A stretch of 64,000 nucleotides of DNA from Octopus vulgaris (taxonomy: Eukaryota): positions 44,268,001-44,332,000 of the forward strand of contig OX597818.1 of NCBI GenBank assembly GCA_951406725.2, written 5' to 3'. This document shows, piece after piece, positions 52,728-64,000 of the stretch. Each line of letters begins with the position of its first letter. Within the stretch, counting starts at the first letter, position 1. A model generated the notes under the pieces. That model had not been told where the DNA came from. It saw only the letters and a list, made by a program, of their open reading frames with translations, and made no database searches. The translations under genes were made by a program, and so were the position numbers.

Positions 52728-53935
52728 TATTCGATCATCCTATATATAATGTGGTATTTTATACATTTATTTTTCAAAATTAAGATAAAGTTCTTTTTTA
52801 ATCTAAAATATACTCTCTTTCATCTTCTACAATACTCTTCTGTCTATCTGGTAGACTTGCAAGGCCCCTCTTCCAAAATTCACTTGTGTGTGATAAAAAA
52901 AACTACTCCAGTACGTTCTGACCTTGTTTACATAATTTATATTTTTTCTGACCAAATGGTTTTGAAGACTGCAGAATAAATGATAATTAGATAGGGCATC
53001 ATTTCTCATTCAAACTGCTCCAGCCTCAGGAATATCATCCTTGCCGTATGTGGCCGAGCATTATCCTGATGGAAGAACACCTTTTGTCTTGAAATCAAAG
53101 ATGGTCATTTTTCTTCAAGTGCTGATTTAAGCTACTCAAGCTATTTGCAGTAGATCTCCTTTGTTATCATTTGGTTTGGGTTTAAAAGTTCAAAGTAGAC
53201 TAAACCTTTCATATCCCACCAAACAGATAACAACACTTTACATGGGTGAAGACCTAATTTAGCCTGGGGTGCTGGTGTTCCTCCTTTCCTTACCCAGTGA
53301 TTTCAGTGCTTCACATTTTTATAGAGAACCCATTTCTCATCACCTGCCACTTTTCGGTCCAAAAAAAAGGTTCATTCATGAGATGTGACAGCAAAGAAGA
53401 GCACACATTCACTCTCTGTGGGTGATAAATTCAGAAGGTCTGTGAGTAACCCATTGACCCAATTTGCTGACCCTTCCAATGGCATGCAGGTTGAATGACC
53501 AAATCCAAGCTTCTCTGCTAGTTCCTCAACAGTCACAAAGGGATATTTTTCCACCAGGGTTTGCAAGACACCCTTACTGAGCTCTACAGATCTTCCAGGA
53601 CAAAGCTTGTCTTTTAGGCTGTAGTTTCCAACTCCAGCTTACGCTTATTGTCCAATCCCCATGTACTGCATTGATATTCCTTGCACTTTCCGTTGTGCTT
53701 ATTGCCCTTTATTGAACTCATAAAGCAAAATATACCAAATATGCTCCTTTGTCACTTCCATTATAGCTTTGAAAAAATAACTGTTAAAATCGGACTGCAC
53801 TCTTCAAAACTTGCACTAAGAATAAGAACAAGGTAAAATTACTTCCAGCTTTTATAGAAAGTTGATGCAGGTAGTTTATCCCATCACCCTCCGACTTTTA
53901 GTTCATGCAATTCAAAAAATACTGCATTATTTACT
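52728..53935 (-). mobile_element. decayed mariner (DD34D) transposon; transposase pseudogene about 53761-52798
   Basis: Starts MEVTKEHI..ILLYEFNK, includes TVEELAEKLGFGHST and HQDNARPH-like motifs, and has a degenerate TIR starting at TA 52728. Multiple frameshifts. Confidence 0.88.
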
Positions 53936-54182
53936 TCTAATGTCTAACAACATTTGTTGTAATGCTGTACAAATTTTACTTTGAAATGTAATATCTGTAA
54001 ATATTATAAGTTTGTTTCATACCTTTTAACAAAATTAGTTCTAAACTGCAATAAATTGCCATTTCTCATGGACAAAAATTGAAATGTCACTGCAAAAAAT
54101 ATCACACACACACACACACATGTGTGTGTGTGTGTTTAGGCTGGTGCAAACATGAAAAATTGAACTCAAAATATGAGTATAT

Positions 54183-55045
54183 TCTTTTATTTGTTTCAGT
54201 CATTTGACTGTGGTCATGCTGGAGCATTGCCTTAAAGGGTGGTAATTGAACAAATCAACCCCAGACTTATTCTTTGTAAGCCTAGTACTTATTCTATCGG
54301 TCTCTTTTGCCAAACCGCTAAGTTATGGGGATGTAAACACACCAACATTGGTTGTCAAGCAATGGGGGGGGGCACAAACAAATAGATACATACACACACG
54401 CACATGTATATATATCATCATCATCATCATCATCATCATTTAACGTCCGCTTTCCATGCTAGCATGGGTTGGACGGTTCAACTGGGGTCTGAGGAGCCCG
54501 AAGGCTGCACCAGGCCAGTCAGATCTGGCAGTGTTTCTACAGCTGGATGCCCTTCCTAACGCCAACCACTCCGAGAGTGTAGTGGGTGATTTTATGTGCT
54601 ACCGACACAGTGCCAGATGAGGCTGGCAGATGGCCACGCTCGGATGGTGTTTTTATGTGCCACCGACACAAGTGCCAGATGAGGCTGGCGAACGGCCACG
54701 ATCGGATGGTGTTTGTTACGTGCCCACAGCACGGAGGCCAGTCGATGCGGTACTGGCTACAGCCACGTTCGGATGGTTTTCTTGTATGCCACCGGCACTG
54801 GTACCACAAAGATACAAATTCCATTGATGTTCATCTATTTTGATTTGATTTGATTTGATTTTGATTTTGATATATATATACAATAGGTCTCTTTTCAGTT
54901 TCTGTCTCCCAAATCTTCTTACAAAGCTTTGGTCGGCTTGAGGGTATAGTAGAAGACACTAGTCCAAGGTGCCAGGCAGTGGGACTGAACCCAAAACCAT
55001 GTGATTGGGAAGCAAGCTTCTTACCATATAGCCATGCCTGCACCT
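54183..55045 (-). mobile_element. SINE family A interrupted by SINE family B (54413-54870)
   Basis: Family A halves flank a B element that has a (CAT)n end and internal tandem subrepeats. Confidence 0.85.
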
Positions 55046-55180
55046 GTATATTTTTATTGATATTTAACAGAAGTATCAGAGTGACTCAAGGTTCGAAAGT
55101 TTCGAGTATTATCTTTTGTTTAATGTACACGGCATATAGTTATTAGTTACTAATAGTTTCATACACTGAAGATATTATCT

Positions 55181-55779
55181 AGGCAGGGAAGGAAAGGAGA
55201 AACACTGGCACCCACCCCAGGCTAAAGAAGGTCTTCACCCACGTAAGGTGTTGTTATCTGTTTGGTGGGATATGAAAGGTTTAGTCTACTTTGAACTTTT
55301 AAACCCAAACCAAACAATAACAAAGGAGATCTACTGTGAATAACTTGAACAGCTTAAGTTTGCACTGGAAGAAAAATGACCATCTTTGGTTTCAAGATGA
55401 AGGTATTCTTCCAACAGGATAATGCTCGGCCACATACAATGAGGATAACATTCCTAAGGCTGGAGCAGTTTGAATGGGAAACGATGCCCCATTCACCATA
55501 TTTGCTGGACATTGCCCCATCTGATTATCCTTTACTGCACAGTCTTCAAAATCATTTGGACAGAAAAAATATGAATTCTGTAGAAGAGGTCAGAACAGTA
55601 CTGGAATAGTATTTTTCATCACGGACTAGTGAATTTTGGAAGAGGGGCCTTGCAAGTCTACCAGATAGATGGAAGAGCATTGGAGAAAATGAAGGCGAGT
55701 ATATTTTAGATTAAAAAAGAACTTTATCTTAATTTTGAAAAATAGAAGTATAAAAAATTTGCATTATTTATGGGATGAC
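55181..55779 (+). mobile_element. 5'-truncated mariner copy of the same family
   Basis: FFQQDNARPH...PHSPYLLDIAPSDYPLL (YSPDLAPSD-like). Ends in TIR-like gcattatttatgggatgac. Confidence 0.88.
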
Positions 55780-56199
55780 GTTGGATTCTCTTGTCATAAA
55801 TGATAGATGAGGGTTCTGCAACTTCTTACTGAACAACTGCATTGATAATTTGTTTATAAGGATAAAACTTTCATACTGAAAATTCTCTCTATCAAACTGA
55901 CATTACCTGTTCAGGTGCATGGTGTGCCACATCAGATTTGAAAGTGATTGTAGAGCAATCTGAAAGAAAAGTGTTTTACTCAAGAACCCAACACACTGTC
56001 TGGTTTGGCAATAAAAGCCATAATCTGGTGATCATGATTGCAATGCCTTGACAACGTATTTTATAGATTTTTTTTCCATAGTCCATACATAGTATATGTG
56101 AATGTCATTTAAAATTTACAGCAGAACCTTGTATTGATAAATTGGATAATATTAAGAATGGTGGAGATATAGTGGGTGATCATGTGGTCACACTAATGG

Positions 56200-57960
56200 T
56201 CAACATAAGGAATTCCTCATCTGTGTCATAAGATTGGAAAAATGCTGTACCATGGAAAAAGCAATATGTTCAAATGTGGTAAATTTTGTGTGTTTGATTT
56301 ACTTTACTTGAATGATCTGCAGATATACATACGATCCATTTTTGTCCCAGAAACCTCATTGTTGGTTTAGATCTGGTAGAAATATCACAGATTGTTGCAG
56401 ACCTGTACAAAGCTGAGACTTCTTCATTAAAGTTTTGTTAATCTAATGAGAACATTCATAGAAATGTATTGTGGAATATCGTGGAAAAATTGAGGCATCC
56501 ACCTAAGTTTGTTAATTTGTTTGTTTGATTACACACAGGTATGAAGGCCAACTTCACTTCAAATGGTGCTCTCATTTTATGATTCTAGTAGGTAATGGTA
56601 TTAAACAGGGCAGTGAGCTGGCAGAAACATTAGCACGCCAGGCGAAATGCGCAGCCGTGTTTCGTCTGCCATTATGTTCTGAGTTCAAATTCCGCCGAGG
56701 TCGACTTTGCCTTTCATCCTTCCGGGGTCGATAAATTAAGTACCAGTTATGCTCTGGGGTCGATATAATCGACTTAATGCGTTTGTCTATCCTTGCTTAT
56801 CATCTCTGTGTTTAGCCCTTGTGGGTAGTAAAGAAATAGGTATTAAACAGGGTGATATACCTGCATCAATATATGCCTGCATCGACATTACAATGATTGC
56901 CCATGCATCTAAACATTGTTATTTAGGTACCTTTGCCCATCACCACACAAGTAAACTGCTTAATCTGAACTGTTTCAAAACTCATTCAAAGATCTTTATA
57001 ACTATTGCTTCTAATTTGTTGTATGCTGATGATTGTGTTTTCATGTCTTACTTGGAACAAAAAAATTGAATCTCTCCTCCAGTGTCTGTGCTATTTTTTG
57101 ACTTATAATAAGCTTAAAGAAGACAAAGATGATGTTTAAATCTCATCCAGAAGCAGCTTATATCATCATCATCATCATCACTTAACATCCGTTTTCCGTG
57201 CTAGCATGGGTTGGAGGCTGCACCAGGCTCCAGTCTGACCTGACAGTGTTTCTACAGCTGGATGGCCTTCCTAAACCCAATTACTTCGTGAGTGTAGTGG
57301 GTGCTTTTTACGTGCCACTGGCACAGGTGCCAGGGGAGGCTGGCAGCAGCCACGATTGGTTGGTGCTTTTTATGTGCCACCGGCACAGAAGCCAGTCAAG
57401 ACAGTGCTGGCATTGGCCACGTTTGGATGGTGCTTTTTACATGCCACCAGCACAGGTATCACAACTACAATTTCCATTTGATATTTATTTTGATGTTGAT
57501 GTACTTGACTGAATAGGTCTCCTCAAGCACAACAGGTAATATGGAAATGAAAACACTTGTCCAAGGGATCAGACTTGATGTAGTGGATTTTTTTGTGTAT
57601 CTTGGCAGCTCCTAGATTTCAAAATTTATTTGAGATTTGAGAACGATTCAGCTGCATTTGGGAATACTGGAAATATGAGTCTGACTTTAATCTGTCAACC
57701 AAGTTTCACATCTTTGAGGCTTGTGTTGTCATCACATCACTACAAGTTTTATCTGAGACACAGATCTCTTTTTGATAACATGAAAATATTTGAGAGAATG
57801 AATATTTAATACACACCTTAGAGATGTGTCTTAGGTATGTATTAAACATTAAATGGAAATCTTTTACACCTGACACAGAAGTGCTGGAAAAAGCAGGTAA
57901 TACTGAGATAGAAGCTCACCTAATTAAGTACCATATATGATGAATTTATCTGTTTTGAAT
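56200..57960 (+). mobile_element. decayed RTE-clade LINE RT region, interrupted by two SINEs
   Basis: GFRSGR, HPPKFVN, NGIKQG, LLYADD, ISLKKTK and FVYLGS motifs in the expected order. Confidence 0.78.
56611..56838 (+). mobile_element. tRNA-derived SINE family C with 14-bp TSD
   Basis: gagctggcaga...gagttcaaattcc (B box)...ttgcctttcatcctt. TSD ggtattaaacaggg at 56597-56610 and 56839-56852. Confidence 0.88.
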
Positions 57961-58499
57961 ATTTCATGTTTCCAAATAATTAACTGATCCTCAGTTATTT
58001 CCAAGCAATTATGTTGCTGGGAAACAGGTGTATGATGATGACAGGAAGAGCATCCAACCATAGAAAATCTGCTTCAATGAATTTTGTGTGAACTAGGAAA
58101 GCATGGAAAGGGACATTCTAAAACGATGATGATATATAAATATATACTTTTATATGGCAATTATACAGTGTGGAAGTCACATATGTCATTGAAAATCACA
58201 AAAACTATTAACACCAAATTATTTATTATTTTGTATCAACATTATTGCTGCACTATACATGACCTGTTAACTAATACAGTGCTACTACAACGGTTCTGAA
58301 ATGAGGTTGTTGGCCAGTAATATATAGGATCCAAAGTTTTAAACATAATTCTTTCATACTTATACACTAGTCATTGTTTGGTGATCATAGTGGTTGAGAA
58401 AATTTGGCTTTTGATTAAAATTTATGTACACACTTCATATATTCTCTGTATGAGAGTATTTTTGGCATTGAACACTTTTACTGCTGCTGCTACTCCTAC

Positions 58500-58634
58500 C
58501 ACCACTCTCAGCTCCTTGTACATTTTGTGCCAATCTTTCGATTGTCTCTATTCTTTGGTCATGGACTGATAGATTCTCTTTGAAGTCAGTAATTTCTGAT
58601 TCTTTTGTACTGTTCAATGCCAAAAGTGACCCCA
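58500..58634 (-). CDS. probable upstream or cassette exon of the STAC-like gene
   Basis: Strong acceptor ctcttttttctctcag, 135 nt, phase 1-1, open frame GSLLALNSTKESEITDFKENLSVHDQRIETIERLAQNVQGAESG, donor GTG|gtagga. Joins the 34205 exon in frame. No homology recognised. Confidence 0.55.
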
Positions 58635-59310
58635 CTGAGAGAAAAAAGAGAGAGTACATGAATTTCAACCAAAGGCAAATATTTTCTGACTTGCTACAAG
58701 CACCAGAAAATGACTGGCCTATGTAGGGGAGAAACAAATTATATTTAAACTCCTGAAGCCTATACATAGTGGCCGTTAGTTTCATCCCAGAACAGCTGCA
58801 GTAGAGCTGAGTCAATTAACAGGTTGCAGATAGTGCACAAAAAAATTTGGCATCAGATAATAAATGATTAGGTGAGGTTAATGAAGTTAACAGTTTTTGA
58901 ATGGCTAATATTTGTTTTACACATTGTAATTAGTAATTACTTTAGTTTCGACACGTGGTCTCTGATCGAATTATTTGTCAGACAAGTACAGCTCTGAAAT
59001 ATTTGTGCCCACACAAAAATGGATGATAATAATGATAATCATTGTTTTAATGTCCATACATCCATGCTTGCATGGGTTCAACAGAATTTGTTGTGGCAGA
59101 TTTTCTACAACTCTTCCCGTCATCAACATACCTGTTTGCAAGCAATGTTTTATATGTGTGTGTGTGTTTAGCCATCTAAAAATCCACAAGTGAGAAAAAA
59201 TATGCACTTGTATATTTGTCAGTTGAGTGGGTATATTAATCGAAGTGTAAGATCAGCTGTAATGGATATATAATATTGTACACTTCTATATATATATATA
59301 TATATATATA

Positions 59311-59559
59311 TATCTGTAAATGTAATATATGGCAATTATTCGGTAGCCATGATATAACTCCACACCACCATCTCTTCAGTTATCCGGCCATCAGAAAAAT
59401 GCCCTTTGTAATTTACTCCAAAAGTTTCTTAGAGTATAGGCATTTTTTCCAATGGCTGGATAACTGAAGAGATGGTCACGTGGATTTTCACCTCGGCATC
59501 CGAAACTCTGAGTTTTATCATGGCTAATGAATAATTGTCATATATTACAATTACAGATA
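59311..59559. repeat. foldback inverted duplication containing the 59459 hammerhead
   Basis: 59311-59403 is the reverse complement of 59439-59559, except for a ~27-nt deletion in the left arm. Confidence 0.88.
59459..59519 (+). ncRNA. type-I hammerhead ribozyme motif
   Basis: gataa-CTGAAGA-gatg...catc-c-GAAA-CTCTGAG-TT-ttatc. Perfect 5-bp stem I (gataa/ttatc), stem III ACTC/GAGT, GUU triplet. Confidence 0.72.
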
Positions 59560-60477
59560 AATTCCTCTATTTACATAATATTGAGGTCTCTTTCTTTCTT
59601 TTGTTATCTTACCATTTTTATCAATATATATATATATATATATATATTCTTTTTTACAGTTGTAGTGCACCTAAGCATTGTATACCACACTTTCCTTCAT
59701 TATTATATAATATTATATATATATATTTAACTCTTACTTACTGGATATGTCTGTATAGATGATTGGAAATGAATGATATTACTTGCATGGCAATGACATT
59801 CTTTAACAACTATTGCCCGATATAGAGCTCATCATCATCATCATCATAGTCTGTTTTCCATGCTGACATGGGTTGTTCAAGGAGAAAAACACACAGGCAA
59901 CAAACTTCTTTCACTTTTTGTCCTACTAAGTCCACTTACAAGGCTTTCATTGTCCTGGAGTTATAGAAGACACTTGCCTAAGGTGTCACATGTTTAAACT
60001 GAACTTGCAGTCAGAATTCATTGAAACACACTTTCTATGGCCAGATTCCTCTCCTGCAGCCAATACTCACCTATTTCAAATGAAGTCAAATGTTTCTCCA
60101 TGGTCACATGTGTTTTCACAGATGATTGGAAATGAAGGATACTGCATGTATGATAGTGATCTTCATTTTTATAACTGAATGATAACAAGACAAAGAAACA
60201 CAAACACACACTCAATCCACCACCTTATATATATATTGATATAAAGTTTTACTTAACATGTCCGAGTAAATTCAGTCATTCGAAAACATGCATGAAAATA
60301 CATTGGGTTATGAATAACATAATTCATTCATAACCCAATGTTTCCATACATGCTGCCTACAATGAAAATTTCTTCTTGGGGCTTTTGCAATGAAATCTTC
60401 ACATATTCAAGTGTTGAATATGACTATATGTGGATATATTATTTCCAATGGTGTGTTTTCATTTCTCCATTTTCTTA

Positions 60478-60872
60478 GGCGGCGAGCTGGCAGAAGCGTT
60501 AGCACACCGGGTGAAATGCTTAGTGGTATTTCATCTGTTGCTATGTTCTGAGTTCAAATTCTGCCAAGGTTGACTTTGACTTTCATCCTTTTGAGCTCAA
60601 TTAAATAAGTACCAGTTATGCACTGGGGTTGATATAATCGACTTAATCCATTTGTCTGTCCTTCTTTGTCCTCTCTGTGTTTAGCCCCTTGTGGATAGTA
60701 AAGAAATAGGTATTTTGTCTGTCTTTACATTCTGAGTTCAAATTCTGCTGAGGTTGACTTTGCCTTTCATCCTTTCGGGGGTCGATAAATTAAGTACCAT
60801 TTGTGTACTGGGGTCGATTTAATCGACTGCCCCCTACCCACTTCTCTGAAAATTTCAAGCCCTGTACCTAGA
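60478..60872 (+). mobile_element. dimeric SINE family C with two different tails
   Basis: Head plus tail ...gtaaagaaata, then a restart at ggtattttgtctg...gagttcaaatt and a second tail ...aaatttcaagccctgtacctag. Confidence 0.8.
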
Positions 60873-61149
60873 TTCTTCCATTTTCTTCTTTGTTGTCACT
60901 TTCCTAGGAAATTCCTTTGTAGTTCTACTTGAGTTCTGAATGATTTTAATTGTATTTATGTTTTGTTAATGTACTAATTTAAGATATGACTTTGTGTGAG
61001 GGTAGTTTACTTTATAAATGCTGAGTGACATGCACACACACGCATATAGGGAATTATGTACACCTGTATTATCTATTTTGAGTCACTCCTCTCCAGTTCA
61101 CTAAACCTCTTGACTTTTATTGTTAGTACATCTCTATTGTCCAGGCTCA

Positions 61150-62517
61150 AACTTCACTCCAGAAAGTGGTGACTGGGCTTATGTAGACTGTACACTCCTG
61201 GCCACTCATCTCTCTTGCTTGGATATCAGCAAAAAAGACTTCCAGTTGCAAAGGCTTGAAGCCTCACTTCCTCATTTCTCAAAATACATCTGTTTCCTGT
61301 ATTGTTTCCAAAACACTACCAATTGAGGACATCTGTTTTATGCCAACCCTATCCAAAGTCATAGTCCTTAGTCATCAATGCTCACTACACTTCTGAATTT
61401 CCACAGACGTTCATAATCAAATTTTTTACAATCCTCAGCTCTTTATATAACAATTAGTTTCATCCCTTATACATATCCAAACATCCTTAACTTCAGTCTC
61501 ACCTCCAAAGCTGACTTCAACTTCAACAATCCCGTCTTTACATGTATCAGTTGTCCAATCACTACTTTATTGTGTTACTCACCTCAACATCACATGCAAC
61601 ACAACATCTCCCACCTCTCAAGACATACAGTGCTTTAAGTCAGTTGACTGGGTGGAGTTTCACCAGTTCTATGCTACTACCTCTGGCAGCATGTTTCATG
61701 TGGACCTATCAGAAAAGATAGGTAAGTGACTGAAAACATCCCCTCAGTTATGTCACTCCACTCTTGCACACAACCAAAGCTTACAGTCCATGTCCCTAAC
61801 ATGATTTGCTCATAGCTGTGCTGGTGCAGTTCAGGATGACAAAAAAATGCATGGCCTACAATACGTTGAGAAAATTTACTCACTCCTACAAAGTGGCTGG
61901 CTCTTAATCAGCTTTTCATATTCTACCTGTCTAACATCCGTGGACATGTTTACAAAGTCAGAAAACAGCACAGCTCCCATGACTTTTGGAAACATTTTTT
62001 CACGCTAAGAGTTGCTGAAGTATGGAACAAACTGTTGTTAGTTGTCGGAGCACTGCATCTTTCAAAACTTCCATGCTTCCTGAGATTCGCCAACACTACA
62101 CCTGATTTTCTCCCCTCCATACACACGCAAGCATGTATCTGACTCATACACTGTTCACTTTCCAGACATTTGTACATCACTGCATATGCTTTATATGTAC
62201 TTTTGACAAGTTGTGGTGTACCTGAGCACTGTATACAATAATTTAATTATTAATATTATTATTATTATAACTCAAGGAAGATCATCATTTAAACCAAGAA
62301 AGATACCTCTGTGAATCACACATCAAGCTCTCCTGTCTTTCCAACTTCAGTTGATCCAATTGGTTCCAGTAGAATCAACTTTTACACCACTTCTCAAACA
62401 TGATGCCTTTGTAAATAATACACCAGCAGAGAAAACTTTAATATTTGTTCCATTTTGCATCCAATTTCACATAGTATATCTCTTTCAAAGTTGTCCCTTT
62501 CTTCCACACTAGGCTCA

Positions 62518-62555
<38 letters not shown>

Positions 62556-63235
62556 GCTAAGAGTGAAAGGTACCATTGATCATTTCGAACTTATACAATG
62601 AACCCTGGAGCTAGTCCCTATTAACACCAAACTGTTCAATCTCTGTCTCTAGGAACATATCCTTATCTTTGCTAAACATGTCAGCCTTTATAATTACTGA
62701 AGAATCTCTTTACAAAATGACATTCTCAACAAACAAAAGGCTAAAACTCAAAGACTGGCCTTTTACTTCAGAGCCAGAAAATATTTCAGCTTGTAATAGC
62801 TGCTTATCTTTTCTAAAGGCTCATTTAAGATCTAAAATGAGTACTGCTTCTACATCTGAAACAGTGCTGTTGCTATACACTGATATAGTAGATTGCAAGA
62901 AAAGTCTACTTGACTAATGGTACAAAACTATTCCACTACAAGAATACTCCAAACACTGGTCTAATCATATGCTGTCTCTTAACTCTACCTGCTTTTTTTT
63001 TTTTTATTACAACTACAGTGGCATGTGATTTTCAGAGCTGGCAGATCTTGTGTCAGCTGCCATTTAGGCACTCACTATTCCTACATCTCTCCTCATGTCA
63101 CCACCCATATTTCTACCTTGCAATGACCCTACACAAAACACTATGCTCAGGTCTTTCTTCCTTGAATATCAATTCTCTCCTTGTATAATGTTTTACACTC
63201 AGCTGTTATCTTGCAACAGTTCAAACATAATGTTA
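61150..63235 (+). mobile_element. highly decayed LINE remnants (Jockey/CR1-like), patchy
   Basis: C-rich strand bias and a C-terminal-like TKHYAQ.F / LQQFKHNV segment at about 63125-63235. No intact ORF. Confidence 0.35.
61926..62268 (+). mobile_element. CR1-like LINE 3' end (second copy)
   Basis: Highly similar to 34300-34646, including the (ATT)n tail. Confidence 0.85.
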
Positions 63236-63241
63236 AAGGCA

Positions 63242-63464
63242 TTAACCCTTTTGATATCATATTTCTGTTGAAACGCACTGCTTTTGTTTCATTTAATTTT
63301 GAAAATAATGAATTTATTGAAATAACTGTCATTATTAATCTGGCATTTGGAACATAAAATTAACATGAAATTTTTATCGATGCTTGTAATTACATCACTT
63401 TAAAATGGAATTTGTATCAAAGAACTAATAGCAGTTTCAGGGATGTTGGTATCAAAAAGGTTAA
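63242..63464. mobile_element. TTAA MITE, same family
   Basis: ttaacccttttgata...tatcaaaaaggttaa. Internal similarity to 18546-18776. Confidence 0.75.
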
Positions 63465-64000
63465 TCTCTTTGACTTTATGCCATAAGTACAGCACCTTTC
63501 TACAGACCAAATCAATTAAAAAGAAAAAGTGGACTTAACCAGGGAGAAAAGTGGTGGTGGTTATAGAATACAAACTCCTGACCACTCAACTAGTTGTTAA
63601 ATTCCCTTTCATTTCATCTATCTACATTTTTTATGCAGTGCATAATTTAAGAAATACTGCACGATGTAATTCTTATAATACAATGTTTAGTAGAGATTTG
63701 TTAAGTAAGGTGAAAACAGTATTTTCAAAAACTATTGAAGTTAAATAACAGAGAAAAGCGATAACCAGTAAGAAGAATAGATTTATTCATCTTTTTCTTT
63801 AAAATACATAGAATTCAGAAATATTCTCCATCATCATGTAGAAACTCATGAGCAGGGAAGAATGAAGCAAAATAACATAATTGCAGTCAATAAAGTTGGA
63901 TTTTAGAAATGGAAGAACTGAACAGGCAATGAGTTCACTGTTTCTTCATACGTTATTGATTTTTATTAGATAAATTTCCAAAGTTCCAGGAAGCATCATA

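Noticed and set aside
34206-64000. Search for STAC C1 zinc-finger exons and the start codon
   Set aside because: No H-x-F...C-x2-C pattern with splice sites was found by eye. They are presumed to be outside the window, although small exons could have been missed.

Overview
AT-rich, repeat-dense eukaryotic DNA, most likely from an octopus (coleoid cephalopod), inferred from the SINE families, (TA)n load and gene content. Most of the window is the 3' part of one large minus-strand gene, a STAC/Dstac-family tandem-SH3 adaptor. Six exons splice in frame (34205-34056, 17628-17468, 8835-8750, 6450-6399, 5947-5810, 3424-3323 with TGA), and there is a probable seventh exon (58634-58500) plus two candidate frame-preserving microexons (21 and 24 nt). 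The C1 domain and start codon were not found and probably lie beyond the right edge. The introns contain many SINEs, decayed CR1/RTE-type LINEs, two inverted mariner remnants, Helitron pieces, TTAA MITEs, a foldback element and a deleted 5S rRNA pseudogene. The most notable signal is a set of short non-coding insertions that combine minimal type-I hammerhead ribozyme motifs (CUGANGA...GAAAC..GUH) with foldback inversions and 11-13 bp target-site duplications, resembling Penelope/retrozyme-type elements. There is also an exon-intron duplex around the 58.5 kb exon that may be an ADAR or splicing structure. All calls were made by eye with no database search, and repeat boundaries are approximate.
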